DNA of 64,000 bases. It comes from Octopus sinensis (lineage: Eukaryota). Below are positions 39,600 through 53,212 of the stretch, in pieces. The notes beneath the pieces were generated by a model. It was not told the DNA's origin. It was given only the letters and a program-made list of their open reading frames with translations, and made no database searches. The translations under genes were made by a program, and so were the position numbers. Each line of letters opens with the position of its first letter. The stretch's first letter is position 1. The DNA lies in contig NC_043002.1 of NCBI RefSeq assembly GCF_006345805.1, positions 90,520,001 through 90,584,000 of the forward strand, in the 5' to 3' direction.

Positions 39600-40426
39600 G
39601 GCCTTCTGACAAATTTTCACTTATTAGAAAGCAAAACAACCCATGTTGAAGTTTAGGGGCAAAAGTCTGATGCTTTGGAAATACATAAAAAGTGATGGTT
39701 CAAGAAAGTTGTTTAAAATTGACGGTAATGTGAATAGTGCCAAATACATCCAGTTGCTGAAGGACAATTTGTTACCAGCATTAGATGAAGGTGAGATTTT
39801 TCAGCATGGTGGAGCTCCAGGCTATAGATTGCATGCAACACAACAAAGTCTGGCTGATGAAGGTGCTACCTGAAAGATTGGCCAGCTCAGAGCCCTAACT
39901 TAAATATTATCGAGCAAATGTGAATAGAACTAAAGAAAAGAGTTCATCAGAAGAAATCACAGATTCTTGAAGAGTTGTGAGAGCTCAGCCACAGAGAATG
40001 GCATCTCATTCCTGTGAAGATGGTGAAGGGTTTGTACACATTTCTTCCCAGGCGCATTGAAGCAGTTAGTTAAGTTAAGGGAAGCCACACGAAATATTAA
40101 CAATGCACAGTAACTTCTTGAAATGAACATTATGTAACAAAATTTCATTATAGACATTTTTCTGTTTTAAAAGACTGTATCTTGATTGGTTTTTGTGAGG
40201 TGGCTGAAAGCTTTTGCCCAGCCATTTTCGGTGGTCGTCTCACATCTTTCCCTCCCGTTCAGAACATCTACTTCAAAATATAATGATTAGGTTTGGAAAT
40301 GACTCCATCAGTGCCAATGTTTCATTTGTAAAAAAACCACAATGTGCAACATCCACTAATAAGCTGGCAATTAGTAGAAATTTACAATAGTTTTAAAGTG
40401 GCCAAAGACTCTTGCACGGTTCTGTA
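39600..40426 (+). mobile_element. Tc1-family (IR/DR type) transposon 3' half
   Basis: KLFKIDGNVNSAKYIQLL..FQHGGAP..(fs)DWPAQSPNLNIIEQ..GSHTKY*. Right end GCCAAAGACTCTTGCACGGTTCTG-TA, with an inner repeat GGCTGAAAGCTTTTGCCCAG ~200 bp upstream. Confidence 0.85.
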
Positions 40427-40462
40427 AATGTGTATATGTGTATGTATGTATGTATGTATACA

Positions 40463-40577
<115 letters not shown>

Positions 40578-40934
40578 TATATATATATGTATGTATATGC
40601 ATACACACCGATCTATTGTAGTTTGCACGTTCACACATTCACACATGCACACACTCATACAAACACTGATTTCCACTCACTTTCTGATCTTCCAAATTCC
40701 AAAACTTGTTTACATTCATAATTGGTAGATTCCCTCTTTTTAAGATTCTGATATAAGTCTACCTTTTGCGTTGAATAATAATTACTTCAGAATTAATTAT
40801 ATCACTACTAATTACAAGGAATATTAATTGTTTTTGTAATGAATGTTATTCTCATCTTATTCACAGATTAAATATATGTATTATTTTCATATGTTGTAGT
40901 GTGTTACTTACATACTGTGTATATATGTGTATGA

Positions 40935-40986
<52 letters not shown>

Positions 40987-41713
40987 CAATTTAGGAGTAT
41001 GTGCCAGTGTGTATGTGTCACTATGTGTATGTGTGTGTCTGTGAGGAGTACACTCATGTGTGCTGTGTGAGTGGGCGTGGGTATAATTATATTTTCATGT
41101 TGCAAAGTATATTACTGACCATAAAGACTTGTTAAAGTTCTGCAAATGATAGTCATGTTCATATATTTTAAGAACATGGCACAAATGGCTACAAGACTGC
41201 TAGAAATAGCAGCTATATCGTATTAAAATGGCACCTTCTTTTTCTAGATATGAATAGACACATAGATAAAGTAGTTCTATACACACTTTGTGGGTAGGAA
41301 TGCTTTTGATAAGAAAATTTTTTTTTTTTTTGATTGGGGCTGACCTGCAGCTAAACAAAAATATGCATTTTGCTTTCATTAGGATATTTGATTACACTGT
41401 ATAACTAAACTTTTATTTTTGGTCTTTGGTCAGTAAGTGTTATTTCCTATTTGCTTCTGGAGCAGTATTCAACTACCTAGCAGTAGTATACATTATTTAC
41501 ATTTAGTGGATATTTGTGGGATGAAGTTAAATTTATAGACAGAGAAAACCACTGGAAAATACAAAAACTGAAAGAAGCAGCACATATGATAGACACAACA
41601 ACCTCCTAAGCAGACCAAGTGCAGATATGAATAGCATATGGGAACCGGTATTAAGGAAAAATAGGAAAATATTAGATTTATAAGCCCTAAAAATTCACTC
41701 CATAATTGCCCAC

Positions 41714-41975
41714 AGGCATATGGCATAGTGGTTAAGAGCACGGATTACTAAACCCAAGATTCCACATAAGAATCCAGGCAGTTATCTGAATAATAATAAT
41801 AATAATAGTAATAATAATAATAATAACATCGAATAATACCTTAGGAATGAAAACCCAGGTTCGAAATTTCCCCAAGACACCTGAAGAAGGCTGGAGGGTA
41901 TATCAGCCAAAACGTTGTGTTAACAACAAACAAGATGAGAACAAATATTTGTTGAATGTAAATAATGTAAATAAT
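41714..41975 (+). mobile_element. tRNA-headed element with an (AAT)n spacer and a hammerhead-like motif
   Basis: A box TGGCATAGTGG (41721-41731), (AAT)n, then GACAC-CTGAAGA-A-GGCTG..CAGCC-AAAA-CGTT-GTGTT (41876-41921). Confidence 0.6.
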
Positions 41976-42271
41976 ATTTTTTTTCGTTTTGTTTTGCCAC
42001 TGCTACCTTTCAAATATACTTATTTATTCAATCAGTTTAAATGTCCATGTAAAGTTGGAAAGCTTTGACTGACTGAGGAGGTACACAGTAACTAAACTGA
42101 AAATAAATGAAGAAAAGCTAGAAAAAAGAGGAAAAAATGGGAGAGAGAAGACCCATGAATGAAGAGTTAACTGTTTCTGTTGTTAAATCGTTTTGTAGTT
42201 TCCATGAAGTGAAAGAACTTATCTGTAGTTGGTAGATTCCTGAAAATTTATTGCATTTCTAATATTAGTTT

Positions 42272-42655
42272 CACATTTTGGTATGAGGCCAGCAATTTTG
42301 GGGAAGTGGGTAAGTTGATTACATTGACCCCAGTAATCAACTGGTACTTATTTTATTGACTCCAAAAGGTTGAAAGTTAAAGTCAACCTTGGCAGCATTT
42401 GAACTCAGAACATAAAGACAGATGAAATGCTGCTAAGCATTTCGCCTGGCATGCAAACAATTCTGTCAGCTCAGCGTCTTTAATATTTGGATTCAAATTT
42501 TGGTACAAGGCCAGCAATTTGGGGGAAGTGGGTAAGACAATTACATCGATCCTGAAAGGATAAAAGGCAAAGTCAACTTCCACAGAATTTGAACACAAAA
42601 CATAAAAACAAAATGTTGTTAAGCATTTTGTTTGGTGTGCTATCAATTCTGCCTC
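42272..42655 (-). mobile_element. Two adjacent family C SINE copies
   Basis: Two successive matches to the family C body (42272-42482 and 42490-42655). Confidence 0.75.
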
Positions 42656-42722
42656 CTAATTGAATCCCTAATATTGTCAGGCTTTTAAGGAACATTCTAA
42701 AAACGTCCCCCCTCTCTCTCTA

Positions 42723-42761
<39 letters not shown>

Positions 42762-42819
42762 TACACACATACACATACACACATACACAGACACACAGAT
42801 TGATAATATCAGAAGGTTT

Positions 42820-43480
42820 CTGAATACTCCCCACAGCAGCATAAAGGTGATTGCCGATGACCTATTCATGAAAGAATTATACTTCAAAGGAATATGACCT
42901 GTTTGAAGCCAATAAATTCTTTGTTTATTAACCTTGCTCATTGTGTGATATGTTTCATAGATTCATAGACCTTGCTGTGATTGTTGGAGATAAAAGTTCA
43001 ATAGTTTATCTCTGGATTCTTCCAAATATTTTTCCATCCTTGACCAATTATGCTTTTGCTAAATGCTTTGACTTGGAATGCCATCTATATCATTTCTTTT
43101 TGTGTTCCCTCTTTTGCCAATTCATCTGCTTTTCTGTTCCCTTCAATTGTTACTTGTTAGTTGTTTATCGTTTTCTGCTAAATAATCATCTATTTTTAAG
43201 GGGATATTTTTGATAATTTTAATCTGATCTCTTTTCCTTTACTGAAATAACTCCAGGTTCAAAGACTATTGGTGACTAGAAAACCTGTTTTCAATGGAAT
43301 TTCTTTGACAGAATCTAAGGATGATATGATTCTGTATCAAATATTGTAGAAAATCATGCAATCTCCAGCTCCCATTTGTATCATTATTCTGAAAGGATCA
43401 AGTAGCCCGACACCCTTCTCAATTCTCTGAGTGGTCCCATATCTGTATGTGGTCATATCTGTATAACTGATCCAGTTGTT
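42820..43480 (-). mobile_element. RNase H-containing LINE relic (I/Nimb/Ingi/Loa-like)
   Basis: Minus strand IEGNRKADELAKEG (RNase H GNE.AD.LAK motif), followed by RIYWLQTGHIPL (RLRTGH-like). Confidence 0.6.
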
Positions 43481-45409
43481 AAAACAGTTTGATTGCATGA
43501 TGTTGTTATGAATTTTGTTTGCTTCCTCTTTTAATTCTTTTATTATTATTTTGAAAGATTTTAATTGTTCTACCCTTGGCTTAGTGAGTGATTAGCATGT
43601 TGCACTCATGATCATAAGATCTTGGTTTCAATTCCCAGATCAAGTGGTGCAGTGTGCTGTTGAATAAAGCACTTCATTTCATGTGACTTTGAAGTCACAT
43701 TGGCATCTGACATGTGGAGCATTTTGCATTTGAACAAGCAACATCAGTTTGATGGAAGTAGTGAGCTAATGTACAGCATCAACTGTTTGATCACTGCATC
43801 TGCGCAAATTGTTCTGCAAGAAGTTGCAGAACTCTCCTTTGTTTTTTATGACAGGAAAGTCCACCACCACAGAAATGGCCTGGTATCATACTACTTTCTT
43901 TTTTGTTAAAACCTGAGTGGTTGGCAATTTACATTTCCTAGATGCCGCTGTTAGAAATGAGTAGAGGTTAAACCTGTTTCATGGAAAATAGCTTTTAAAT
44001 TGAACTTCCAAATAATTAAAGAATGTTAAAGCCACTCTTTAGTGAAGCTGTTTAGAAAATCTGGTACTTTACTAAGACATTTCAAAATTACAGTATTATT
44101 CACATCGAATATAATAATAATAATTAGAGCATTCTTCTCAACAAATTACACTGCTAATTAAGAAATTGTTAATGAACCATAATAAAAGCCAGAGTATTTC
44201 TTTAAAATCTCTGAAACACTGATGACCACAGTTATATAAACAAATTTGTAACAATTTGCAAATTGAGTGGCTGTTATTGATTTATCTTCAAATTTAAAAT
44301 TGGTGGCAGTTATGGTGGTGGTGGTGGCAGCAGTAGTGAAGTGGTAGAGTCTCTCATAGAATAACAGTAGAGTTGATAGAATTGGTGGAGTCGGCAAAGT
44401 GTTTCATAAAATGGCAGTGGAATTGGTAAAATCACTGGAGTGTTTCACAAAATGGCTGTGGAAATTGGTAGACTCAGTAAAGTGTCAGACAAAATATCTT
44501 ATGGCTTTTAGTGACTTTGCTTTACATTCTCAGTTACAATCCCACTAGAGTTGACTTTTTTTTTTTAGTATTCTTCTGGGGCCTCTTTTCGAAAGAGTGT
44601 AACCTTACTATGTCTAGAGTTAGAAATAATTAGTTGTAAGGGTGTTACGAAGGGACATAACTTCCATATGACCACTGGTGGAGTTCTATAGATTGACCCA
44701 GGTCAAACGGGAAGCATTAAAAAGAGAATTTAAAATTAGAAAAAAAAAATTCTTTTTTATCGCTAATGACCTGAAAAATTAATCTCTAATCTGTAGGTTC
44801 AGGTTCTTGGAGTAATATGTTCATAAAATGACTACTCAGTTACTAAGAAATTAGAATAGGGGGAAATGAAACAGGAAATTAGGATGTCGTAAAACTAAGC
44901 ATTGTATAAACAATGAATGTTACAGGAACTATGATAGCTGCATCCAGCACCATATTATGGCATTCTCACCAATTACCATACTTCATTCTTTAGTAGGCTT
45001 GTTCTAAACACTGCATCCCCCCCACCTCCTGTAAAAGTTACCAAGATAAAAAAAAAACCCTCATATTCTCCTCTGCCTCCTCCTCAACATCGTCATCAGA
45101 ATTATTAGTAGCCCTTCTCTCTTCCTCTCTCTCTCATTCTCTCTCTTAATCTCCTTCTCACTCTCTATCTATCTTTCTACTTTTCTCTGTCTGTCTTTCT
45201 CTCTCTCTCTCTCCCTCTCTCTCCCTCTCTCCCTCCTTATCTCTGCCTCAAGAAATGTCAATATGTTGTTCCAGCTGTGAACTATCTTTAGCTTCTTACA
45301 ACAGATCATCTTCTGTCACCCAGTCATCATCTTCAGGGATGTAATAATTTGGATTATTACTACAAATATTTATTTACCATACAACGGTCTCGTCTCTTGG
45401 GACTTGGTT

Positions 45410-45585
45410 GAGGGGATTATATAAAATCTCCATAAAGCACCTGTCAGTGATGGTAGAAATAAATGCATTATTGATTGCTGAATTTCTGAATAAAACCATT
45501 GACTGTCTTCCCACCTGTAAGACACCAGGATTGGATGGCATTTCACCAGGGCCCATCAAGTGTGCAAAGGGCACTACCTATACAA
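45410..45585 (+). mobile_element. LINE RT N-terminal fragment
   Basis: LNKTIDCLPTCKTPGLDGISPGPIK resembles the KAPGxDGI motif. Confidence 0.5.
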
Positions 45586-45954
45586 ACTACTGTGCCGACC
45601 CCGGAAAGAAGGGGCAGTACTATAGGACAAGGGAGACTGCAATATTCTTTTCTACTCTAGGCACATGGCCTGAAATTTTGGGAGGCCAGGACCAGTCGAT
45701 TAGATCGACCTCAGTATACAACTGGTACCTAATTTATCAACCCTGAAAGGATGAAAGCAAAGTTGACCTTGATATTATCCACTAAACAGGAACAAATGGT
45801 TGATGCAGTGATTGCTACAACTATAAAAGCATCTCTTTGCTGAGTATCATTCGAAAGGTCTTTGTGTGGTTCTAAAAAGAGTGCAGAATATTGTTGAAAG
45901 ATTATGCTCAGAGTCTGAGAGTGCTTTCAGGTGAGGACCTTCTGCAGATGACAT

Positions 45955-46390
45955 ACCTGTTTACGTTTTTACTTGTTTCAGTCATTAGACTGTGGCCATA
46001 ATGAGGTGCCACCTTGAAGAATTTTTAGTTGTATGAATCAATTCCAATACTTTTTTTTTTTTCTTTTTAAATCCTGATACCTATTTTATTGGTTTCTTTT
46101 TGCTGAACCACTAAGTTCCAGGGATGTAGACACACCAGATCTCATGTGATGGCGGGAAACAAACACAGGCACAAAGACAAACACGCACACATATACACAT
46201 GTGCACTCACACACACACACACACACACACACAGACAATGTTCTTCAAATTTTCGTCTACCAAATCCATTCATAATGCTTTGGTCAGCCCAAAGCTATAG
46301 TAGAAGACATTTGTCCAAGGTGCCACACAGTGGGACTGAACCTGGAACCATGTGGTTGGGAAGCAAGCTTCTTACCACACAGCCATGCCT
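45955..46390 (-). mobile_element. Family A SINE
   Basis: Tail, (CA)n core and head. Confidence 0.8.
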
Positions 46391-47479
46391 GCACCTATGA
46401 CATGGTCTTTTTCCTTTGAAGCATTGCTGACTCTGTAGATCATACCTTGTTGTTGATAGACCTACCAGAAATAGCAGCCTAATCTCTTTTATATCACACC
46501 TCACCATCTTAGAAAAGGACACAGGTAACAAAATTTTTGGGCTGGGGTTGAGAAGATCTGTGAAAAACAACTTGTCCCAAAATAAAGTTAGGATAGCAGG
46601 ACTAGAAATGGTAATCAATGTCTCTAATTCAGTAATTTTGTGTCACAGGTACAGTAACAACAACAACTGCAGTAGCAGCAGTGACAAACACCGGTTGCTA
46701 GGAGAATGGCAAATTTAGTGCCACAAGAAGCTTTTGAAAAAGACAGCAATCTGGTTTGCTTCTAATAATAACCTTTTGCTTGATTTTGTTTGACAACGTT
46801 TTACTCAATTAATTTTCATTTACAATCTCAAAAGTGTTTTGTATTACATATCTCTTTTGCCTTTTAATTTTTAAAATATTTTTTTATTTTAGTTTTCTAT
46901 GCTGTTCTCCTTGGTTAATTTTTTTTCATTCCATCAATTATTGAAAGAAAAAATCAACAACATTGATAATAACATTAACAACAACAGCTGAGGTTACTGC
47001 TTAACTTTAAAATCTAAAAACAAACAAAATAAATTATTTTTCAAACACTGACATCAGAAAAACAACAAAACAATCTTTAGGTATTGAACTTTTATTGCAT
47101 TTTTGAATCTACGAAATAAAGTTGCTGAACTCAATGACCACTTTTTGTTTGGGGTTTCATCATCATCATCATCGTTTAACGTCCGCTTTCCATGCTAGCA
47201 TGGGTTGGACGGTTCAACTGGGGTCTGGGAAGCCCGAAGGCTGCACCAGGCCAGTCAGATCTGGCAGTGTTTCTACAGCTGGATGCCCTTCCTAACACCA
47301 ACCACTCCGTGAGTGTAGTGGGTGCTTTTTATGTGCCGTCGACACAGGTGCCAGACGAGGCTGGTGAACGGCCAAGGTTCTAATTCAGTAACAGTTTGTT
47401 GATCCCTTGTTGACTATTGCCCAGTCAGCGAGTTTTGAGAAAAAAAGATAAGAAAAGAAAATACTCTGTCCATTATGTG

Positions 47480-49780
47480 GCTTCTCAAGATAGTAATTTC
47501 TCTTTTTCACACTCTCATGATGTTTCATTTTTATCAGCCACTTTTTCTTGACCATATTTCATTGTGAACTGACTGTTATTTATTCCTTTATGTAGTATTT
47601 TAAACTGATTTCGTTTCTCTGTGCTTTGATCCAAACAATGAAGCAATCATCTAGAAATCTTCTCCAGTTCTGTCTTATGTATTTGAGAGGAAATGTTTCC
47701 ATATTTCTTTACAGATTCTTAATACATTGTGATATCCAAATACCCCAAGACAAATTTACATAGAGTAGGGTTACTTTTGTGCTCATTGCAGTTCCAGCTT
47801 ATTGTTACTAGTAGTTACATCAACTGAGAATTACTCTTTTACTTGTTTCAGTCATTTGACTGTGGTTATGCTGGAGCACTGCCCTTAGTCAAGCAAATCA
47901 ACCCCAGGACTTATTCTTTGTAAGCCTGGTACTTATTCTATCGGTCTCTTTGCTAAACCGCTAAGTTACGGGGACATAAACACACCAGCATTGGTTGTCA
48001 AGCGATGTTGGGGGACAAACACAGACACACAAACATATACGCATACATACATATATATATATATATACATACATATATACGACGGGCTTCTTTCAGTTTC
48101 CGTCTTCCGAATCCACTCATAAGGCTTTGGTTGGCCCGAGGCTATAGTAGAAGACATTTTCCCAAAGTGCCATGCATTGGGACTGAACCCAAAACCATGT
48201 GGGTTGGTAAGCAAGCTACTTACCACACAGCCACTCCTACACCTATAAATTATTTATTTTGAATTATTCCTTTTGAAGAATAAATTTTCATCCTTCAGTT
48301 ATTAATTCTTTTTTTCTATCTTCTGGTAATTCTGCATAATTCTTCAACCAGAATGTTATTGCTTTTACTCCATAGTCATAGGGAGGTTTGTATACAAATC
48401 CACTTCATCAAAAAATACAATAAGCGTTTTCTTTGATCATTCATGGAAGGTAGTTCAGCATATTTATATCAACTCTTCTAAAATGTTTTATATGTTTTAG
48501 AAATGGTTTTAATATAATATTTTAAAAATCACTAAAAGCAGTGTGTTTCACATGTTGGATCTTTGCATGCTTTACTTATGATTTTGCTTTAGTGGATTTT
48601 TAGTAAATCATAGAAAAAAAAACTAGATTTGTATTTAAAAGTAGTTATATGACCACATTCTTCATATGTCAATACTTTTTAATATAAATGTAACAAAGTT
48701 ATAAGATTTTTCATTACTTTCTGTTGGTTATAGTTTATGATCCTTTTTGTAATGAATATTGTCTACTTGCATGGATATAAGATTTTTATAATATTCAGTG
48801 TATCCAGCAATATAACTTCACTCTCTTTATCCAATTCTTTAATTGTTAGTTCATTATTATTATTTAATCCAATAATCTTTTCCCATTGAGTTGTGCTGAT
48901 TTAACTTAATTCTTTGTTATTATATGGAAAATTCAAAATGTGGTCACAAAAGCCATCAAATATTCTATTCTTATGCTTTAGTGAAGAAAATTTGCTTTTG
49001 TTTCTCACAAGTGATTCATCATCATTATTCTTATCAAATAACTCTCCTGTAATTCAAAATTTTTCCACAAAATTCTGAAATGTCATCTTTAATTTCATTG
49101 TAATTTGCTCTCTGGGTAGTTATAGTAAATTTTATTTAATTTGCCACTATATCAATTTGTTGTACTGTTAATATTCTTTTTAATAATCTTATTACTTTCA
49201 GTTTTTCCAACATGTGTCTCAGTTCTTCTAGATCAGGTGTAAAAAATGGTAACTGTAATTTCGTCAGTTTGCATTGGTATTTGTAATTCTATTACTATGG
49301 TTTCTATTGCAATTTTGTTGTCTGAGATTATTAGATGCTTTCAGTTTCTGTGATTCTTATGTAAGATTCAAATTTGTTTTGATTATTTCTCATTGTTGGG
49401 GAAATAGTGATGTTCCTAGTTTGAAAACCATTTTTCCTTGTTGATGTATTTCCCATTTGTGAGCTGCTTCTATTTCTTCTGGTTTGAAATCAATTTACTA
49501 TGAATTATAAAATTAGTACGATGTTGTTCTGGGCTTATATAATTTGCTCATATGAGTTGTTTATTCATATCTGCATATACTTTCACTTTCGTTTCTTTCA
49601 AAAGTGGGTTGTTGGAACTGTGTTCTTTTTAGAAATTGATTTTACATCTCTTAAGGGTGGAACCAGTTATTATTTTCCTCCCAATATTAAAGGAAGTTCT
49701 ATTCCGCTGTTTCACATATTCTTTCCACAGCTTTCAAAATTTTTCATACATTGTCTGTCTGTCACTTTATTGAACTCATT
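47480..49780 (-). pseudogene. Degenerate Penelope-like element reverse transcriptase, split by a SINE
   Basis: Minus-strand motifs in order: FTPDLEEL..IRLLK; IILKPFLKHI; FFDEVDLYTNLPYDYGVKAITFWL; GTAMSTKVTLLYVNL (47784-47795 start); NWRRFLDDCFIVW (47647-47666). Confidence 0.85.
47831..48245 (-). mobile_element. Family A SINE inserted in the PLE RT
   Basis: Full-length copy lying between the DLYTN and GTAM motifs. Confidence 0.85.
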
Positions 49781-49849
49781 ATGCAAATGTGTGTGTGTGC
49801 ATATGTGTTTATGTGTGTGTGTACTCACACACACACACACACCCTTGCT

Positions 49850-50087
49850 TCTTCTTTTACTGGCTTCAGTCCTTAGACTGCAACAATACTTGAAGAATTT
49901 TAGTCGATCAAATTGGCCTCAGTACTTGGTCTTTTACCAAACCACTAAGTTACAGGGATGTGAAGAAAATAATACCAGTTGTCAAGTGGTGGGGTGGCGA
50001 ACACACAACACACACGCAAAGACACACTCAGATACACGCGCACACACACACACACACATGCACACGCACGCACACACACACACACAC

Positions 50088-50132
<45 letters not shown>

Positions 50133-50890
50133 GTATATCATATATATGACAGGCTCCTTTCAGATTCCACCTATGAAATTCACTCACAAGGCTTTGGTCA
50201 GCACAAGGTTGTGGAAGGAGACACTTGCCCAAGAGGCCACACAGTGGGATTGAACCCCAAATCATGTGGATGTAAAGTAAACTTCTTACCACGCAGCTAT
50301 GCCCACATTATTGTATGAATTTCTAGTGAAGAAATTTCCAAAACTTTAGCACACTGTATTTTTCACTTGACTATTGGAAAAAATTAGTTACATTGGCCTT
50401 CCCAACCCAGAATATATTTGGCTATCACTCACTTGTTTACACACAGACATGCACACATGTGCTCATCTGTGTGGGAGCAAGGTATTTTTCTAATTATTCT
50501 TTTTTCTTATATTCTTTTATTTGTTTCAGCCATTTGACTGCGGCCATGCTGGAGCACCATCTTTAGTCAAACAAATCGACCCCAGGACTTATTCTTTTGT
50601 AAGCCTAGTACTTATTCCATCTGTCGCTTTTGCCAAACCGCTAAGTTACAGGGACATGACCACACCAACATCGGTTGTCAAGTGATGGTATGGGGACAAT
50701 CACAGACACACAAACATATATATATATATACATACATATCAGATTGGCTTTTTAAGTTTCTGTCTTCCAAATCCACTCACAAGGCTTTATCAGCTGAGGA
50801 TATAGCAGAAGACACTTGCCCAAGGTGGGACTGAAACGCGGACTATGTGGTTGGTAAGCTACCTACTTACTACACAGCCACTCCTGCACC
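49850..50890 (-). mobile_element. Two family A SINE copies (49850-50300, 50510-50890)
   Basis: Tail-core-head homology. Confidence 0.75.
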
Positions 50891-51177
50891 TATATATATT
50901 CACATTCTTTCCTGCCAACTATACCAAAAACCGTATCTCATTGTCCTCTTCAGAAAATTGACTCTTCCTTCTCTTATCAGTCAAAATAAATGGGTGTAAT
51001 GGTGGTGGTGGTGGTGGTGGTGGTGGTAGAGTAGTGAAGTGAAGATTATGGTCAACAGAGCAGGGGATTCTGAAATAAAACATGATGCTAAGAATGTGTA
51101 TGCATACAAGTACACATATGTGCACACAAACTAGTATACAAGTTTATATATACATATGTAAATATAAAGAAATATAT

Positions 51178-51210
<33 letters not shown>

Positions 51211-51362
51211 CATACACATATGTATAATATATATACACACACACATATGTATGTACAATATATATACATATGTATATATAATATATATGTATGTATAATA
51301 TGTATACATAAGCATGTATACACACACACACGTACACACACATACACACATATACACCTTAT

Positions 51363-51364
<2 letters not shown>

Positions 51365-51394
<30 letters not shown>

Positions 51395-52170
51395 TTAACG
51401 TCCGCTTTCCATGCTAGCATGGGTTGGACGGTTCAACTGGGGTCTGGGGAGCCCGAAAGCTGCACCAGTCCAGTCAGATCTGGCAGTGTTTCTACAGCTG
51501 GATGCCCTTCCTAACGCCAACCACTCCGAGAGTGTAGTGGGTGATTTTATGTGCCACCGACACAGGTGCCAGACGAGGCTGGCAAACGGCCACACTCGGA
51601 TGGTGTTTTTTATGTGCCACCGACACAGGTGCCAGACGAGGCTGGCAGACGGCCACGCTCGGATAGTGTTTTTATGTGCCACCGACACAGGTGCCAGATG
51701 AGGCTGGCAAACGGCCACGATTGGATGGTGCTTGTTACGTGCCCACAGCACGGAGGCCAGTCGATGCGGTACTGGCTACGGCCACGTTCGGATGGTTTTA
51801 TTGTGTGCCACGTGCCACCGGCACTGGTACCACAAAGATACAAATTCCATTGATGTTCATCTATTTTGATTTGTTTTGATTTGATTTTCACTTGCCTCAA
51901 CAGGTCTTCACAAGTGTCACAAGAAGGAAGGTATGCACAGGTGGACTGACTACGTCCCAGGTAGGGGCCATGGGTTATGGCCTGACTAGTCTTGCCGGGT
52001 CTTCGGATGGTGTTTTTATGTGCCACCGACACAGGTGCTAGATGAGGCTGGCGAACGGCCACGATCGGATGGTGTTTGTCATGTGCCCACCGCACTGACT
52101 ACAGCACTGATGGATTTCTTGTGTGCTACAGGCACTGGTACCACAAGATACAAATTCCATTGATGTTCAT
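51365..52170 (-). mobile_element. Extended family B RTE 3' region with a ~62-bp tandem array
   Basis: (CAT)n tail. ATGTGCCACCGACACAGGTGCCAGA.GAGGCTGGC units at 51549, 51612, 51674 and ~52018. Confidence 0.8.
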
Positions 52171-53161
52171 ACACATACATATGATACACACACACACACA
52201 CACACATATAATACAATGTTTTATATGTATATATTTACACATGAGTAGTTGTGTGTGCTGTCTTAAAACTGGTAGAATTCAGGCTGTGTTTAAGATAACA
52301 CCGTGACCTGCCGGACCTTCTCCAACCCATCCTCAAAATCAATATTGTCTTTTAAAATCCAACAATAACCATGAATGCCTACTACACTCAGTCATCCTCC
52401 ACCAACCCTAATTTCCAGATAATGACCACTACGTTTTATTGGAGGGAAATTTGAGAATAGCCAAACAGAGTACCTTTCAGCAGGGAAGGAGATGAGAGGG
52501 GTTTCGAATAATGGAAGCAAGGTGAGGTGGGGAGAGTTATTTCATATCAGATTTCAGTTGGGTTGGATTGTATTTCTTCACAGTTTATTCAAAGTTTATT
52601 CATTGATGACTGTCAGAAATATTCTAAGACAGAATAGATATATTTGCATTCATTACCAGAATCTCGCACACGTGTTTGCATGCATACATGCATGCACGGG
52701 CACACACACACACACACACACGCATACATACATACACACATACAGTGGCATTTTCAGGAGCAGCTTACATACACACACTCACACGTGGTTGCGTATGGGT
52801 AATTGATACACTTGAAGCTATAGTGTGTATTACATTTGTGTGTATATGAGTTTACACCCTTGCACACAGGTGTACATGAATATATGTATATACACACATA
52901 TATGTACATAAAACACTCAAAAAGCACCGTCATACATGAAGAAGCAGTACGATATTGGCTTCATATATATATACAAACACACACACACACACACACTTAT
53001 GGCTTTAAGATACATTTACATGTGTGTGTTTCATGTGTGTTTGTGTGTATGTATGTATATGTATATATATATATATACATGTATAAATATGTAGATATAT
53101 ATATATATATATATATATATGTGTATATATATATATATACTTCATAATATATATATATATG

Positions 53162-53212
<51 letters not shown>

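Noticed and set aside
39850-39890. CTGATGA-AGGT GCT ACCT-GAAA hammerhead-like string
   Set aside because: It lies in Tc1 coding sequence at a frameshift. Stems I and III do not pair, so it is probably chance.
49500-50318. Longest ORF (272 aa, + strand)
   Set aside because: It is the antisense of a PLE relic joined to (CA)n and a SINE, so a chance open frame.
51545-52075. Array resembling CRISPR repeats
   Set aside because: The units are contiguous tandem copies with no unique spacers, the context is eukaryotic, and there are no cas genes.
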